A stretch of 64,000 nt of DNA from Convolutriloba macropyga (lineage: Eukaryota). This document shows, in pieces, positions 61,870-64,000 of this stretch. The notes beneath the pieces are model-generated. The model saw only the letters and a program-made list of their open reading frames with translations, searched no databases and was not told the DNA's origin. Each line of letters opens with the position of its first letter. Within the stretch, counting starts at the first letter, position 1. Location of the stretch: positions 12,710,001 through 12,774,000 of the forward strand of contig NC_134477.1 in NCBI RefSeq assembly GCF_964194025.1. Direction: 5' to 3'. The position numbers and the translations under genes were made by a program.

Positions 61870-64000
61870 ACAAGGAGGCTCGATAATGTGCGCTTGCCCA
61901 ATGATTCTACCCGCTCGTCTATATTTTTGACTTAAAGGTCTATCAAATGATGAAAAAGAAAAACTTAAGAAGAACTAAAGAAAAATAAATACTGTTCGAA
62001 ATTCATTGGTTAACAAGTAAAACAATTGATGTAACGGTCAATTTCAAAATCATTACTTACGGTCAATTTCAAAGTCTATTTTTAAAAAAAATCAAACAGT
62101 CACAATATCATCAGACAAAAACTAACAAATTAACTTGTTCTTCAATTCAAAGCAGATCGAAACTGTCTTTAAAGAGACTGGGTAAAACAAGAATAAGAAG
62201 GTGCAAAGACAACAACCATCAGATAGATTCTTATGCAACTCCATCGGATCTACTGCGAACAGACATCAGTGAGACAATGAATTAAATAATAGCGTAGAAG
62301 AGCCATCAGAACCGCCATTGTTGAGACTAGGAGACAAGATCAACAAAATCAATTAACAAAATCCAACGTTATTTACTATCAAAAATCAATATCTGATTTT
62401 TACTAAAACTCAATTAAGTTAAATTTGCATCAGATGAAACCAGATAAAACTCTAAATAGCATAAGATAAACTTGTACATATCATCAAAAGAAAAAACGCG
62501 TAAGACTTCAAAAACATTTCACCGGTCCATAATAACTAAGTAACAAGTCAACAAAGGGCAAAAATTGACAATACGTTTATATGGAGACAATTAACTTCAA
62601 AATAAGAAACACTACCTAACAATAAATTCTTTTAAAACTCCATAGGAAGCCATTGAGACCTGTCATTATCCGGCATATATTAGGTCTAAAAAATGACAAA
62701 AACATCCAGAACTCGAAAATTCGGTTTAACTTTGCATGAAAAAGGTGTCGAAGCCCTTAACACCATACGCTATTCAATGAAACCACTACTTATCTTTAAA
62801 TGCTTCTATCCTAAAACCCATGAGCAACGCCATTATGTTGTAATATACACAGAAAACCAAAAAACAAAAAAACAAAAAATGGTCAAATATACAGAAATCA
62901 AAACTTTAACTTTTGTGAAAATTTGAATTATCAGAGTCAAAAAACCATAAAAAACAACTGCTGTGCGGAATAGATTTTCTTCTCTAGAAAGATGAGGCCG
63001 CCTTAGATTACTGAGACCAAGCTACAAAATGAAAATTCCAAAGACAGATAATAATTACAAATATAAAAAAAACATTATATTTTTTTATATAATTCTTAAG
63101 GAAAAACGTACAAAGATTTGCAACTAAATTAAACTATATAGAATACCTTGAAACTTCATTGAAATCCAGTTGCACCACTCATTAGTGAACACATATCTTA
63201 AGACTACAAATTAATACCGAATACAGGCAGAACTCAAAAAAATCCACAAGGCAATCAACTGAAAGTGATGGAAGGTCAATTTGGTTACATTTGAACATCA
63301 ATAAACCTTTATTATATAGGTAAAGTTTGCAAAAAAAAACAAAAAACACACAAGTAATGGCCAGTAAAGACAAATCAAAAAACTTTTATGAAAAAAGTCA
63401 AAGCCATAAAACCATCAGCTGCAACATAAAAACAATAAATTGTTTATCGTTTGATTCGCCGAAAATTGGATCGGACAAGTCAGTAATGATAATAAGATAC
63501 CAGTTGTCAAAAAGCAGAATAAAAAGTGGCAGAGCTTAAAAACACAATCAAATTCTTTCAAAGACCAATTATCCATTTATTTCGATGTCACTTTGTCATT
63601 AGATATCTGAAATCTCTGAATTAAATCATTTACGTCTTCAGAGGAAGGCAATGAGATCTGTCATCATCCAGTCTATCTTATGAGACCACAAAAACAAGAA
63701 AAAATACAGGCAGAAATCAAAAATTAATTTAGGCTAATCGATAAAATTAGTCTTATGTTCAATTGCGTTTTCTTTCAAAACCAGTGGGAGTTTTTAGGTT
63801 GATGACCTGAAAAGGCAACAACTTCAAAAATGTATGAACGTCCAAAATTCGCATTTTGTAAAAAAACTCGGTATCGAAGCCATAAAACCATTGGTTAAAA
63901 AAGATGCTAGAAAAATTAAACTTCTCGAAAAAAATGCAGCTTTTCTTCAATGCAAGAAAATGAGACAGTTTAAAAATAAGTGCAGAAGTGAAAAAGATTT
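61870..64000 (-). mobile_element. Helentron/HINE-like element, copy E (runs off the window)
   Basis: acaaggaggctcgataatgtgc...ccgctc..tatttttgactt end; internal monomers at 62648, 62740, 63645 and 63866. Confidence 0.65.

Overview
AT-rich, intron- and repeat-rich genomic DNA from an invertebrate metazoan; the organism cannot be identified from the sequence. Five spliced protein-coding genes can be built by hand with phase-consistent junctions: (1) the last two exons of an acid lipase (LIPA/LIPF family, +); (2) a three-exon GATA4/5/6-like factor with only one zinc finger, split by a 3-kb intron and preceded by a dense Fox/TCF-Sox/GATA motif cluster (+); (3) a two-exon gene for a largely disordered protein ending in one TIS11/TTP-type CCCH finger (+); (4) a ten-exon, ~714-aa coiled-coil protein whose first intron fits best as a non-canonical GA-AG intron (+); (5) a myosin essential light chain (-). 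The rest is mostly mobile DNA: five copies of a Helentron/HINE-like element with an internal degenerate satellite (~12 kb in total), a decayed CR1/L2-type LINE, a decayed CRE-clade retrotransposon, several MITE families (one with a perfect 9-bp TSD, one nested), and ~2-kb and ~1.7-kb intronic tandem duplications. Most notable are the apparently relaxed 5' splice-site code (one GA donor, 6 of 14 GTT donors, no GTAAGT/GTGAGT) and two neighbouring single-finger versions of normally tandem-finger developmental regulators. All gene models are manual and lack transcript support.
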